From: Marsupella aquatica
Lineage: Eukaryota > Plantae > Marchantiophyta
NCBI GenBank assembly: GCA_973895155.1
Contig: OZ316899.1
Location: 6,141,241 to 6,205,240, forward strand
Length of the DNA: 64,000 bases
Direction: 5' to 3'
The notes beneath the pieces were generated by a model, which did no database searches, had not been told where the DNA came from, and was given only the letters and a program-made list of their open reading frames with translations. Position numbers and translations under genes: made by a program. This document shows positions 47,580 to 61,700 of this stretch, piece after piece. Each line of letters starts with the position of its first letter. Positions within the stretch are counted from its first letter, which is position 1.

Positions 47580-50500
47580 CACAGGAGGCTCCCCTAAAGA
47601 TGCTGTTATAAAACACACACAAGAGAAATGCATAAACAAACATTTATACACCAGCAACATATAATCACACTAGAACATGCAAGAACATTACAAACATACA
47701 ATGACATATATACACCACTATAATTACATTGAATGGACAGTGAATAGATGATAGAGAATTTTACCTCCATTATCACCTGAAAAAGTAAGAGATCGTTTTC
47801 TCTTACCTTCTTTGGTAGCTGTAGTCAACTTACTATGACTAGGAACAAATGTTGGAACTTGTGCATTACTGGAGTGATGTGCCATCCATATAGTCATCAT
47901 GTTTGTCAACTCCTTTACAGTGCCTTTCAACTCATCGACATCCAATTTGACAGCCCCAATGGCAGTGATCTCTTCTTTTGAATGTGGGGTCTGTAAATTA
48001 AGCACAAACCAACACAACATTCTCACTGTCAAACTAACAAATGACACAACACTCTATCAAATGGAAAATGATGTATAAATCAGATTGGAATGGCAATACT
48101 CATAGTTGATCCATGTCTGTATCCTTGCCCCAGTAAGCTAGCACTTTTACCCTCCCCACTTGCCAATGACGGGCTCACCTTTGCTCCCAAAAAACTACCA
48201 GTCTGACCTTCTGCACTTGCCAATGATGGGCTCATTGTCACCTTTGGCAATGAACCCTGACTACCAAGGTTTTCTTTCAGGTTAGATATACCTGGGCTTG
48301 ATCCTCTCTTATGCTTCCGTTCAAACACACAATGAATGAGAAACACAGAGTCTGTTTTCATCAAGATTCACAAACAAGACAAAATTGATAGTGAAAATGA
48401 TATAGACAATTTACCATTCTCTTTGCTGTTGCAGCATGCCCTCTACCAAAGTGACTGGTATCTTGCACTCGTGCTCTTTTATCAGTCATTTGTTTACTCA
48501 AAGATATCAATGCTGGACTGGTGAAATGAGATACCAAAGCTGCCCATTTCTTTGGATCAACACCAGATGGCCCAAGTTTGGTTGGATCCTCGTTGCAAAC
48601 TTTCTTCCAATAAACATGCATTTTATGGCGCCCTCTCCTCAATATGCCACGACAATGACTCTGGAATTTGTTGTCAATAAATTCCTCACCCACATATTTC
48701 CACTCAGCTTCCACACACTGGTGATATGAACTCGTGGATGATCAGTCCATTTTGGCTTTGATACATCAAAGACTCTGAGTACATTGCCACGAAGTTCCTC
48801 CAGCCAGTACTGTTTGTTGGGATCAGAATCATCAATATCATTGTCATAAATCTGCATTTCACATGCAATGTCAATTCATAACTCTGGAATTTATGCATAG
48901 TCCAGGTTTTATACACACAATAACAGAGAGGATCTATGTCTAAATCTACATTCAAAAAAAGTACAATACTCACTTTAATGTGTTTGGGCAAATCTCCCTG
49001 ATTCCTTCGTACTTTGGCAGCATTATCAAACATCTTCTTAGCATGCCTTCGTTCCCTGCGCATCTCAGAGGCCCCGCTTGCAATGCACACACATGGTTTC
49101 AATCAGAAAATATGTACATTGAAAAGTTGAGCAAATGCACTTGCATATACATGACGAGCATATTTGTATTACCTGAAGATCCTCTGGAATGTAGTACGTC
49201 AAATTGACCTGATCTACCTTTAGATGCTAATGGAACCACTGAACAAACACACAACACCAAGCACTTCAATGAATTTCATTTCCAAGTAGAATATCAACTT
49301 CCAAACACACTGAAAAGGTATATCAGTACAATCCACTCACTTTCATATAAAAGTCTAGTGTCTGGGTCTTTGTGGAATGGCAAATAAGAGTTATGGAGTA
49401 AAACTGGTACAATTTAAAACTTTTTGTCACTACTTGAACGTTTTTGAAAGCATCTGATCACCCCTTAACCTATTTTGAGCCTCAAAAGGAAGTTTTTGGA
49501 AAGAAGTGAAGAAGTTGGGATTTCAGACTGGAGAATTGCTTCCTGCTAAATCCGAAATAAATTGCTTTTAGCTAAATCCAGAGAAAATCGCTTTTAGTGG
49601 GATTTTGGTTTGAGGATTCTGCACCAACTTTGTCGGATGATTGTGGATTGGCCCCATGTCGGTTGGAGGAACTTTTGGTCTTGTTGGAAAGCTTTTTGCA
49701 AGGGCTACATGAAGAATTTCTTAAATCATGAAAATCAAAAACTTCAAAATATCCTAAACCGATTCTCCGGGATATCTTGGCATGTGTTGCTTAAACTGTT
49801 TTGCATCTCTTTCTCACCTCTTGAGCCTTTCCATGAGTTAGATAGAGTAGGATATAGAGGGAAATAGTTTAGTGTACCTTTAGGAATTAGATTTATAGAG
49901 TCTTAGTCTTACCTTACCTTTTAGGACCTTAAGTTTAGATGAGAAAAAGTTTTTAGGCTTTTAAACCTTTTGGCATCTCAGCCTTTTGAGGGAGCCTTAC
50001 AAGTGAACTCCCAAAACCATGATTCATTGTCTTTTCTTCAACATTGATTTTTGACCAAGTGTGGGTCTTTTTCTCATGCCAAATTGGGCTTAGGAGAGAG
50101 AATCTAATGGAGAAGACTTGTACCACTCACATCAATTGAATTTCAAACATTTCATGGATCAAACCTAAGTATTCAAGTTTTGATGTTTGAATTAGTTGTA
50201 AGAAATAGAATTGAATGGATAACTAAGGTGTGCCTTTGAAATCTAGTTGAAATGGGAATTGTACCAACCTTCATGACGTAAAACCGATCACTACTAAGTG
50301 TATAAGGAAGTTAGAGGGAAGAGAAAACCTTTCAATCTATCGAGAAGAAGCCGAACCTAAGGAAGTTCATTTCAACATTTGTGACATAATAATTGTTTCA
50401 GGATTATATAAAGAGAAACAACAAGGAAATCGCTTGAAGATTTTGAACACCACAAAACCTTAGTAAATCGCTTTGTTTATTCTTTACGGGACCAAATCTT

Positions 50501-50968
50501 GGTATTTAAGGATAGAATTACATACATTTGTATTATTCCACTTACCATAGTCTTTCCAACATCTCACCAGCCCACCTCCACCAGGCTTAGTCTTCTTAGG
50601 ACCACGATTTTGTTTCTATACCTACATCATGGACAACGTAGGCATATTGACAAATACTTTGAAACAAGGACAAGGATTTAGGGTTTAGGATGATGAAGTT
50701 CAAGCATTACCTGTTGTTCACTCTCAGGTTCTGACCCTCCAATGTCAGAATCCTCAGTGTCATACCCAGCATTGGCATAGCCATCATCACCAGACTCTGC
50801 CATGTTCACCTTGGTAACTTGTGATAGTCTAGAGCTCCTCCTCTTTGGCAATGTTCCAGTTGAAGTACCTTTCACCAATGCAGACTTTTCTCTTTGTTGT
50901 TTTACATGTGTGGTTGGGCCTCTAAGGAACAAAGCAATCATCAACATACACCAATGCAGATCAAACAT
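47580..50968 (-). pseudogene. CACTA second ORF (TnpA/Transposase_24-like), multi-exon
   Basis: AEWKYVGEEF...GRHKMHVYW...PSGVDPKKWAALVSHF...SKQMTDKRARV..SHFGRG, downstream of and co-oriented with Tnp2. Confidence 0.7.
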
Positions 50969-51179
50969 ACATGCAAGCAGAATCTACAACACAGTAACAA
51001 TGGTACTTATGTATAGGATCCATACTAGTATGAGAACAATCTGGAATATGAAAACAGAAAAGGAACCTGACAACTCCATCTACTGAATCAAATTTGCAAC
51101 AGACATATTAACACACACATCAACATGCAGTTTGGCCCCAGTCCTAGATCATGCATAATGCTGACATTATGCTCTATGT

Positions 51180-54100
51180 TTCGCTTTCGGGCCTCCTCAT
51201 AAGCATTCACAGGATGTGACAACCTCTGCAATCTTCCTTTCATAGGCTGCATTCACCAACTGCACAAATGGGCAGAACATTAGTTTGATTTCATATATAG
51301 TCCATACATGTAGTCCATCTATGGACTTCACACACCTAAAACCTATTCACTGCTTAGGCCTACCCTTTCTTGCAGATCCCTTTGCATCTCTGCCTCGTTT
51401 GGGACCAGTACTTGGTCCTGGATTTGCTCTAGTCCTACAGGCTTTAGCCAATTCAATGTGTAATTTGGCATTGTTTTCCATTGTAGCATGGAAATCAACA
51501 TCTGTGTAATCACCTAACACCCTTGTGGACCTGGATTCTTTGTGGAGGATTGTTCTCCATGCTATCCCCTTCTCATTGGGGTGGAAGAAAACCTGCTCCA
51601 CTTGCTTTGGGAAAACGTAATCCATTTTCTTGGACACACCCAGTTCTCTATGGAAATTCACGTGCCAAAGACCAGACTCAGAATACCTCATACTGGCAGA
51701 GGATTTAGGAGTCCATGATGGATCTGCCCATTTCCCTTTGAAAAGAATCACCTCTTTCCTCAAGCTGTAGTAATTCAGTACCAAGATATCTGTCAAGGCC
51801 CCTACATACTGTACAAATTCTTCTCTAGTTGTGCCAGACCTGTCCACTCACTTCTCAGTGAATGTCGAAGCCATCCCAGAATCAAAAGTGCTGAATGCAC
51901 CAGAATCACAATCACTCAAACACCCCAAGGATGGAATAGTCCTCCAGTGATGCCCATAGGCTCTGCATGCCCTATACAGTCGTGCTTTCAAACTAGGTGG
52001 TGTGGAGTATGCAGATAGTAATGACCGCTCAGACTGTCTCAAAATTATGGGTATTGACTAATGTTTGAAACCATTCCCTGAAAGGTGGCAGTTCTTGGCA
52101 GTCAAGGAGAAATTCCACTGGTTTTCTTTGATTGGCAGGCTTCCTCATCCATTCCTTCCGGAAATCCACTCTTTGTTTGGTAACGGTCTCATTGGTAGCA
52201 TCATATGTCCTACATGGCAACAACAACACTTAAGACATTAGTGCACGATCCACCATGAATATACAAACACAATGGGCCGGGGCAACATAATTATGATCCA
52301 TATGGTACAGGGTTTACATACCTGTACCATGGAGCCACTGTCTCTTCATTCTCCAATATATAATGATGCATGGCCATCATTTCAAACCAATTCAAAGTTA
52401 TCTCCTTTGCAGCCCCTTCCAAGACAATGCTTGCAACGCCAGCATCCTCCTCCAACTCCCAGGTTTGTTTTCCCTCTCCCTTAGCATCAATCATGTATTC
52501 AGAAAGGAATCCCAAAGACTCATCTAATACATAGCCTTCAGCCATAGAAGCCTCTGGACATGCCTTGTTTCGTACATAACCCTTCAATACCTTCAGGTTC
52601 CTCTCTATTGGGTACATCCATCTGCCTGTAACTGGGCCACACAAGTCTAATTCCTCCACTAGGTGCATCATTAAATGGGTCATGACATCAAAGAAGCTTG
52701 GTGGAAAATGGATTTCTAAAATGCAGAGAGTGAATGCAACATCCATCATCAAATTCTCATACATTGAAGGGTCCCACACCTTCGTATAGATCTGGCGATA
52801 GATATTGCTAACCCCAGCTATGGCCAAGAAAACTCCTTCATCAAGTAATCCCATTGCTGCCAGAGGGAGAATCTGATGTATGAGTTGGTGGAAATCATGT
52901 GATTTGAACCCAGAGAGTTTCTTGGATTTTGTAACACACTTTGCCAAAGAACTTGAAAAACCAGTGGGCCCTTTCAAGGTCAATAACACCTCCAAGAACC
53001 TTGTTCTTTCCTTCTTGCTTAGGCAATATGGGGCTGGGGGCATCAACAATTTGTCATCGTTACGCTTGGGAGCTGGATTGTGTACAAGCCATAGGTGTTG
53101 TCGCACCTGTAAGAGCTTCAGGTCTTCTTGCACAGAAGGAGTGTCCTTGGTCCCAATGATAGTGTGCACAATGTTGTGTGCAAGATTCATCTCACAGTGC
53201 ATGGGATCTAGACAACGGTTAATGAGTGGTTTCTGCAGTGGACACACAATTCAGAAATTAGGGCATTGAATACAACAATTACAAAATCTGGGCTACAGGA
53301 AGTAAACACATTTCAAAGTCATATGAAGAGATTGCAGAAATTCATTGTAGTAGTATGGAGTCTTACGTTTCAATAGGGCAACTTGTACAGACCAGTAGCC
53401 CTCTTCACTCCATGCACCTTTATGGGGCAACTCTCATCCTCAACCTTGGTTCCTCCCTTCTTCAAATATTCTGTTGTCTCGTCTCCCCACTTCTTTCTAT
53501 CAGAGCTTGACATTCTACACGGTGCAAGTCGGCTCTCAATTGCACCATCAAAGTATTGTGCACTATCTGGTCTACGAAAAAGATGCCTTGCTGTTAACCT
53601 TCAACGGTGGCCACTGTACTCTAATTTCTGCAAGTGCTTAGAACCACGTGCCACACATTTTGGCCCACAGATGACACATCCTTCGTATCCAGCGTGTTGT
53701 TGTCCAGATATTAAACCATATGCAGGGTAATCATTGATTGTCCACAATAGCACAGCCCTTAGGTTGAAGTGTTGAGACAATCCTGGGCGTGACAATTTGT
53801 CAAAGCAGGGCACTCCTTTCGTCCTCAACAGCTCTAGCTCCTCATAGAATGGGCCCAATATTATGTCCAGTTGTTCCTCTATTACTGAATCAGGTCCTGG
53901 AATCAGCATAGCTAGCATGACAAAGAACTTCTTGGTGGTAAGCCAAGGAGGTAAATTGTAATTCAACATCAAGATTGGCCAGGTAGACCAAAGCTGTGGA
54001 ATTATTCCCAAAGGGATTCACCCCATCAAGTGCCAACCCAAATCGCAGATTCCTTGGTTCAGCTACAAATTTCTTATCAATACTTGTATCCACATGCTTC

Positions 54101-54467
54101 CAAGCCTTGGAATTTGCTGCGTGCCAAACCATGTTGTCTGTGCTTCTATTCTCATGATGCCAAGTCATGAGTTTAGATGTACCAGCAATGGCATACAATC
54201 TCTTCAACCTGGGAATTATAGGGAAATACCGCACCACCTTCCTTGCCTGTAATGAATTCCCCACTCTCTTCATCTTGGGCTGCTGACACACTGAACAGTT
54301 TTCTAACTTGGCAGACTCACCCCTAAAGAGCATGCAACCTTTCTCACAGACAAGGATTCTCTCCTAATCCAAGCCAAGCTTTCTCAATAGCTGCTTTGCA
54401 GCATATAAGTTATTGGGCAGATTATGCTCTGCAGGCATACCATGCTCCCCCATCAAAGCCAACAATG
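51180..54467 (-). pseudogene. CACTA Tnp2 transposase (second element, 5'-truncated)
   Basis: RYFPIIPRLKRLY...EPRNLRFGLALDGVNPF; WTINDYPAYG; LDPMHCEMN; FKSHDFH; FPPSFFDVMTHL...RWMYPIER; YVFPKQVEQVFF. Confidence 0.93.
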
Positions 54468-54994
54468 GTGGTTAGGATTTCCGTTTGTTTTTTCCTGAAT
54501 GCGCTGCAAGGATAAAAACCTGGGCAGCGTGGCTTTGGGGGCTTTTTCTTAGTCAAGGCTTTAGTGTTAATCTGTATTGTTGTGAGCACAGGAAGCTCTC
54601 GGCTAAATCTAGACCGTAGGGTATCAGTAAACCACCAGTTCCCTTGGATTTCTGAGCAATTGTTTGAATTGAGTTGGCCTCATTGCACAGTTCGCAGATT
54701 CTTGCCATCCAAGAAATTGAGTGTTATGATATTTGTTGCTTGATCGATTTAAGTCAGATAGGGTGAACTGTTGAACAAAATACAATCGCATTGTCTTTAT
54801 TGGAAACTGCCCAATCAAACTCTGAGAGAAAAGTGAGGATTGAGAGTGTTAGTTGGTGAAGTGTGGGTTGAGTCAGTCTGAAAAAGACCTTCAACCGGCT
54901 TAAGAAATTAAGCCGTAGAGGTACATTCCGGGGGCGAAATACAAATATACCTGAAGAAGTTAAAGAGGAATTAGGTGTCTCAGTTGTGCACAAT

Positions 54995-57102
54995 TCACAA
55001 GCCCAGTGAAAGAATCGGTCCGGTAAGTGTGGATCGAAGGAGAGTATCGCGTTTCCAAGCCGAATAGCTGCCATAAGGCAAGAGGACGGACATAAACAAG
55101 TGGTTTATGATCGGTTGAGGGTAGTTCTTGGGGTTAGAGGTCTTGGGAAACGTGCCATAGTCATCCATGGGTGGCCCCTCCAAATGCTGAAATAATCCCT
55201 TCCATGCCATGAAAGGGGTAAACAACGTGGCGTTACGCAATGTCTGCATATCACACCACGTAGCAAACTCCTGGATGAAGTCATCTAGATCAATCGTGCC
55301 AACTGCACCAGAGTATTGTCGTGGGCCCTTCGTAGCCCCGTACATCTCGTCCATATCTCACAACAAAGGTGCAACCACCTGATGACGAGGAGAATTGGTC
55401 ACTGAGTCCTCGTCGGAATCACTGTCTGAAGCTGCACTGCTGACTGCTACCAATGCCGTTGGCTGAAACTGCGCCCCACTCCGAGTGAAACCGGTCTGTC
55501 GTCCATCGGGTAACCCAGCAGCACCAGAAGAATCCGTGGTGACCAACCTAACCTAATCTATATGCTAACCCTAAGGGCAATCTGTCCTTGTTAGCAACAC
55601 AAGCACTCACCATGGTGTGTTGGGCATCACTCCAACACCACCAGGGGAGAAATACGTAGCACAACTAGAATGTCCGGTTGCAAACCCGGATCACTCCTAT
55701 AGAATCACGCGCCCACGTCAAACTAACATGGCGCATAAACAGGAAGCATGTGTGGAGAGGATCCAGAAACAAGAATGGATACCATTCAACTCTCCACACA
55801 AAAGCAAATGCAAATCAATATGACAATGTGCATAAGGTTCAAGGAAGATCCTTCATAATAGGCTTCACAATGGCACTCCAATGTTGTAGATGAGAATCAA
55901 GGCAAAATTGGTTCAATCTGTGACTCTAGATGGACTCAAAAGTATCAAAAACCTTTTAACAACCTCTGATTTGGCCTAGAATAGGCCTCTAAACAAATCG
56001 GGAAGTGTATAAAGCCCCCTGACGCTTGAATCTAAACAACAAGTTATGAAAGCTTGTGTGTACACAAGGTGGGATGAGAACTTGCCAATTAAGCGCTTGC
56101 GGTTGGGAATAGCCCCGGGATGGGTGACCTCGCTCTTCGTCTTGCGCTTGCGACTCGGAATAGCCCTCGTGCCTCCCCTCGCGCTCACGGCCCGGAAGAG
56201 CCCCGGGATGGGTGACCTCGACCTCGCGCCTGCTTGCGCTCGTGATGGGTGACTTCGTGCTCGTGGTTGGGAGCACTTTCGGGATGGGTGACCTCGCGCG
56301 CCTCACACTTGATCCCAAAAATGACTACTTCCTTCACGAAAAGCTCCCAAAAACTGTCAATTTCCTTTACAAAAAGCTGTCGACCACCAGGAACCCAAAA
56401 ATTGTCGAAAGCTTTTTTCTTTTCTTCCCAAAAAATGGAACAAACATCGACCAAACGATATGCAGATTCAGATCTACAGAGCAACCCACTACACACACAA
56501 ATCCTTATCAAAGAGCTCACAATAATCACCCAATCAGCTTATTAAAGGCTTCACAATGATTGGACGGCACCACCAATCTGCTTGAGAACTCTGTCCAAAA
56601 ACCGTCAACAGCAAAGCTTCAGAACTCGGATCTCCCACTTCAGATCCGTTACCAGCAACCAACCAAGATGCCAACAATCTATTCAATACGATCCGAGCTA
56701 CCACGGATCCACACAACGATTTCCCCAACCCGTCGCCAACTCAATCAACACATACAAACTTCTGTTTGCACAGTCCGCACAACAGAGTTTGCATCTAATC
56801 TTTCAATGTAATCTCCACAATCAATCGGCACAATGATCGACGCCAACAATACGCACTCAATCCCGTCCGATCCAATCACACACATATGTCGAGCCAACGC
56901 ACCTTGCACTCAAGGAATCCACGCTACATAGAGAGAGCTCTCAGCCACCATAGCCACCACACAAGCTCCCATCTCCAAGGCTCAACATTGAAAGATGACC
57001 TTTCAATGCCTTACCCTCTCACATAAACCTAATGGAACCTTATCGGCTCATATAGCACACATACCAAACATACGGATCTAGATAGTATGATACACTCTAA
57101 CA
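54995..57102 (-). mobile_element. Truncated Ty3/Gypsy element C (LTR ~55619-57102 and start of gag)
   Basis: TGTT...AACA-bounded segment with GGGATGGGTGACCTCG repeats, followed by gag-like IDLDDFIQEFATWCDMQTLRN...LFQHLEGPPMDDY. Confidence 0.6.
56090..56300. repeat. Degenerate tandem repeat in the LTR of element C
   Basis: About 4 copies of (CCC)GGGATGGGTGACCTCG. Confidence 0.75.
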
Positions 57103-58465
57103 CTACCTAGAATGGTGTGACAGTTACCAGCCTAACCGACCTCAACAACCAATTCCTGCAGGCAGCTCAGCAGGTGGCTAGTCTCTCCGTCGAGCGAGAT
57201 AAATTGTTGGTGCAGGACCAGACCCATTGTGACTCCATCGGCCAGCTCAGCCTAGAGGTAGCACGGCTCTAGACAAGGCCGACAAAGCTGGAAACAAGGC
57301 AGAGGAGACGGTACAAGATAACAAGGCCTTGCAGAACCACATTACCCTGCTCGTCAGCCAGTGGGCAAGACCTGGACCCACCTCTGATCAAGCGGCTTGA
57401 GGTCTCGCCCCGACAAGGGGACAAACCCTGGTCCGACCACAGCACGCACGTAAGGGGTGGTTAGCGGAGGGAGCGAACAGGCGCCGTGCGAGGCAGTTGG
57501 GTCAGCGACATCTTTTTGATTAGGCTTAACGATAGAATAGCTGTCATTAGGCGCCAATTAGTGGCGCAGTAGGGAGGATTAGGACAGGATCAGTTAGGAC
57601 CAGCCGACGTAGGATAGAGCCCATCAACAGACTAGAATTTTGGTCAGTAGACTTAGCTACTGACACCCCGGTCAGCGCCCCCGCCACTGATTGTCAACCG
57701 GTCAAAGGAAATGCGGCCGGCTAGTCAGAAGGTAGTTAGTCAGTAGGCATTACCCCGAAAGGTAGTATCTTTTGGCTCCTTTCCGCAAACGTAGTATTTA
57801 GGCTTCCCCTTCCGCTGTGGAGGGGGAGAAGACTTAGTTCACCTTAGTGCAGGAAAAGGCGAGGCACAGGGAGTCCCGGCTTGAGCAGGGTCAGAGTGCA
57901 CTAAGGAGTGAGAGCCAGAGTCAAGCTTGCTGGGCAAGCACAGGGTAGGGCCTCGTAGAGACTGGGCATCGACTGCTGTTAGACCTGCTGACCCCTTAGA
58001 AGTCGAGTCAACCATGTAAATCGATTCTTTGTTGAGTAAATGTAGTCTTTTTTCTCTGATTTTATCGCGAGTAATTGGTGTTGTGTGCATGCTTTGTCTG
58101 GGCAAAGGCGCCATTTGAAGGGACATACCGGGTGCGGACTAATGGTAGGTATTGCCACAAGTTGCATCACATGTCGCAAGGTTCCAAGTCGCGTCGATGG
58201 CTTGAAAGCCCCAGCCGGGAGTTAGTCCAAGTCACTAACTGTGGGAATATTCCAGCGGTGGAAAATAAATATACCTATGACCAGTACGAGTTGCGTAAGT
58301 ATTATATCGGTAAGTATATCAACTTAGCCCGGCTTAGGGCTAATCGGGGCCACTACACACCTCCTTGCCCAAACCCTCACCCCTACTGGTGGTTGTTGTC
58401 GCCCCAGGGAACTAACTTGGATTTAAGGCCTGGGTTATGGGCGCGACATACGGCGACCGGTTTTT

Positions 58466-58483
58466 TGGCGCTAGATGGAGGGG
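58466..58483 (+). promoter_or_regulatory. Primer-binding site, tRNA-Asn(GUU) type
   Basis: TGGCGCTAGATGGAGGGG, identical to 8722-8739. Confidence 0.75.
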
Positions 58484-58799
58484 GCACTCATTTTGCCTTA
58501 CAAGTGGAGCCATGTAGTGAGCTATTAACCTGTGATTTTGTCCTTGACGCGTAGGAAGGGGCATGCCCCTTACCCGCTCACTATCTGCGTATTTACAACA
58601 CCCGGATGGAGCATCAAGTTTGGAAGGAAATACCGCATCTGGTGGAGCCGGGAGCTTGGCTTCCCAAGCGGGATCGCTTATTGTGATGGGAACCCAAGCA
58701 CCAACTACGGGAGGGCCTCCACCGGTTCCACCGGTTCAGCCAGCCCCACGGGTACCAGGTGCGTTGCGTCCCCCTGCGGCTCAGACTAACGTGTCGCAG

Positions 58800-61700
58800 C
58801 AATCTCGGTTCCATTGTCGACCCTTAAAGGGACGACCTTGATGAATGGCTAGCTGAATTTGAGGCCACAGCCAAGGAAAATGGCAAGGAAGCCATTAAGC
58901 TAACCATTCTTCCAAGCGTGCTACGGGGAGAAGCGCGGCCGTGGTTTAACTTGCAACCCCCCGGCTTCACGTGGGGCCAATTCCCAATGGCATTTTTGCA
59001 AGAGTTTAGGCCTGTGGGTATCGAATCCTGGGCTCTGTAAAAAATTGGACGGATGCAGATGGGTAAGCATGACTCACTTCGCAAATTCTTGCAGAGGTTC
59101 CAGAAGGTTGCCACCAAGATTCGGCCTAAGCCCGATGACTCCCTGTTGAGGAAATGGTTCATCAACGCGCTACCTCAAAAGATGGCGTTCTCAGTGCTAG
59201 AATAGAAGACCACCACCCTACAACACCAATCCTTCAAGGAATCGCACTACGCCTCTCAGCTTAATCGGAGGACCAAGCATAAGAAGAGCAGGAGGTATCA
59301 TACCTTCAGCAATTCCGACTTTGAGTATGACGAGAAGAAAAGGAAGAAAAGACGGTGGCATAAGAAGAAGGGGCAAACAAGCTCTTTGTCAGACTCTGAT
59401 TTAGAGTCTAGCTATTCCCTATCCAGCAGCCCAACCTTGACTGGCTCATCCTCCAGTGACACTGAGTCAGATTCTTGTAACTGCCGAAGGAAGAAGGGAT
59501 CACGGTCAGATATGGGTAAACATAAACCGCGATCAAAGGTCGTCACCACAGACCCCAAGACCGCGGAGGTAGAGAAGCTAAACGAGATCACAGACCGGCT
59601 AAAAGCACTATCCGTGCATTTGGCGGACAAACCACCAGACAAGAAGAAACCACCGGAAACCCGAGCGCATGCTTGGTGCTCCAAGTGTTATCAGTCTGGA
59701 CATGTGGTGTAGGAAAGCCCAAGATGGAACACTCGTGTACACCAGATAGAGTTGGAGCCCGGACAGTCCGAGCCAGAGCGAGGCACAATCGAATACTTTT
59801 TTGAGGATCCGGCCAAGGCGGTGTTCCAGATGAGTATGATAGGACGTCGCACGCTAAACGGCCACAGTCCAGGGTTCCATACCCCTATCCATATCCAGTG
59901 AATGGGCGTGGCTCCCAGGTAGTTAGCAATCCAAGTATTCTACCTAAACCCAGAGTTTGGCGGACCCCGGTATGCTATAATTGCGAGAAACCTGGTCACT
60001 TTGCCCGAGAGTGCACAGAGCAACGGCAACAAGGGGATGGGAGAGAAATTCCATTGTGCCAGGTCTGTCGAACCAAAGCACATTCCATGGCAAACTGCCC
60101 CTTGGTGTTAGTCGCGAAGGTCGGAGCCGTCCGAGCTGCTCTACCCGTGACCCCACCGACTATGGATGCGGTGGTGCAAATGGTAACGATGGAATGGTAG
60201 GACAACGCCACTGAGTGGATCAACCTAAGAGAAGCAGTCAAGCAAACGGGAGCACATGCGAACAACAAATGTTACCGCGTTTCTACCCGATCATCTACCC
60301 GATCATCTCGCAAGAAGGACAAGTACAAAGATGGACGGGCTCGGAAGGATGACAAGCAGAGAGACGTGGTCGCGGATAAGCATAGTCCGATAGAACTGGA
60401 CGAGCAGGAAGACTACCAGTAGGATCACCCAAAGTTGTTTTACCCGCGAGTAGAGGAGCTGGTCAAGAAGCAATTGGAAGCCTACGAGGCCCAAGAGCAC
60501 AAAAAAGCCATTAAAAAGGATATCACCGACGCTAAGGCGACTGAAGAAGCTGAGGAAGCTAAGGCTGCCTTGGAAGCTCGAGTTAAGGAAGCAGAATCGT
60601 TAAAGTTTGCGACCCAACCGACAAACCAGTACGACATCAAGAAGGACGTTCAAAATTGTGCAGCCACGGCCACCGTCGGACAATTGCTACAAGATAACCC
60701 AAAGTATCGGCAACAACTCAAGGAGATGCTGATAGGAAAGAGACGGAGACGGCTCCCTTGGGTAAGCGCCTTAGCCAACTGTATGATGATTTACCAGGAC
60801 TTAGGGGTGCTTGAGATTTCTATCGAGATAGTGGGCTGCACTATTCGGTTTGTGCCCGTGGATGGCGGGTCCGAAGTAAATATCATGACAGAGGACACTT
60901 CCGTGAGGTTGGGATATACAGCATATCAACCTACCGCCCGTGCCATTTGGCTAGCAAACGGCGCCCGAATCATGCCGTTGGGAACGTTGACCAAAATATC
61001 CACGTGGATTGGGGGTCTCGAGTTTTTCCTAAATTACCTGGTCATGCGACCAGTCTGACCCTTGTCTTACTCAATACTGTTGGGCAGACCCTGGTTGTAC
61101 GGTGCTCGAGTCATTACCAACTGGGGAAAGAAGGAGTTACGATTTGGTAACCCAACTACGACGGTATCATGGAAGGAGGAGGACTATCAGGGCAAAACAC
61201 CCCAGGGACCCGAAGAATATGACTCGGAGGAGGAAATCTCAGAAGAAGAGGTAAATATGGTGGAGTTAATCTCTTGGCTTGATGAAGAGGATGTCTTTGG
61301 GGTAAATGCCACCCGAGAGGCCCATATTTTGAACCATCCCAGGCCAGAACTCCCGGCCGAGGCACCAAGGACGCCAGTAAGTGATATGCAAACAACGGGT
61401 GCAAAATCCCCAGTAATAGTGAGCCCTATGGAGGTTGTTAGCCAGGGCGCCTTGCCAGGTATACTTAAGGAGGGCGCTATCATGGCGACTGCTCCACTAA
61501 AAAGGAAGAAAGTTACATGGAGCCCCGAGGTGCCATCTGTAAGGGAGGAAGAACCAAAGCAGCTACCCAAAGAGTAGCCAACGGTCTGGGAACCCGTGGT
61601 TTATGATGGCATCAGGCTCAAGGAATTGTAGGACCACCTCGACTGGGCCACTAGGGAGTATGTTGACGTAATCCGCAAGGATCACTATCGCAAGTACACC

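Noticed and set aside
49380-50500. AT-rich block as a separate gene or element
   Set aside because: No credible ORF, TIR or TSD found. Treated as intron or unclassified filler.
55612-57118. ATGGTG at 55612 and 57112 as a TSD
   Set aside because: It does not sit directly against both ends of a coherent element, and the flanks belong to different elements.
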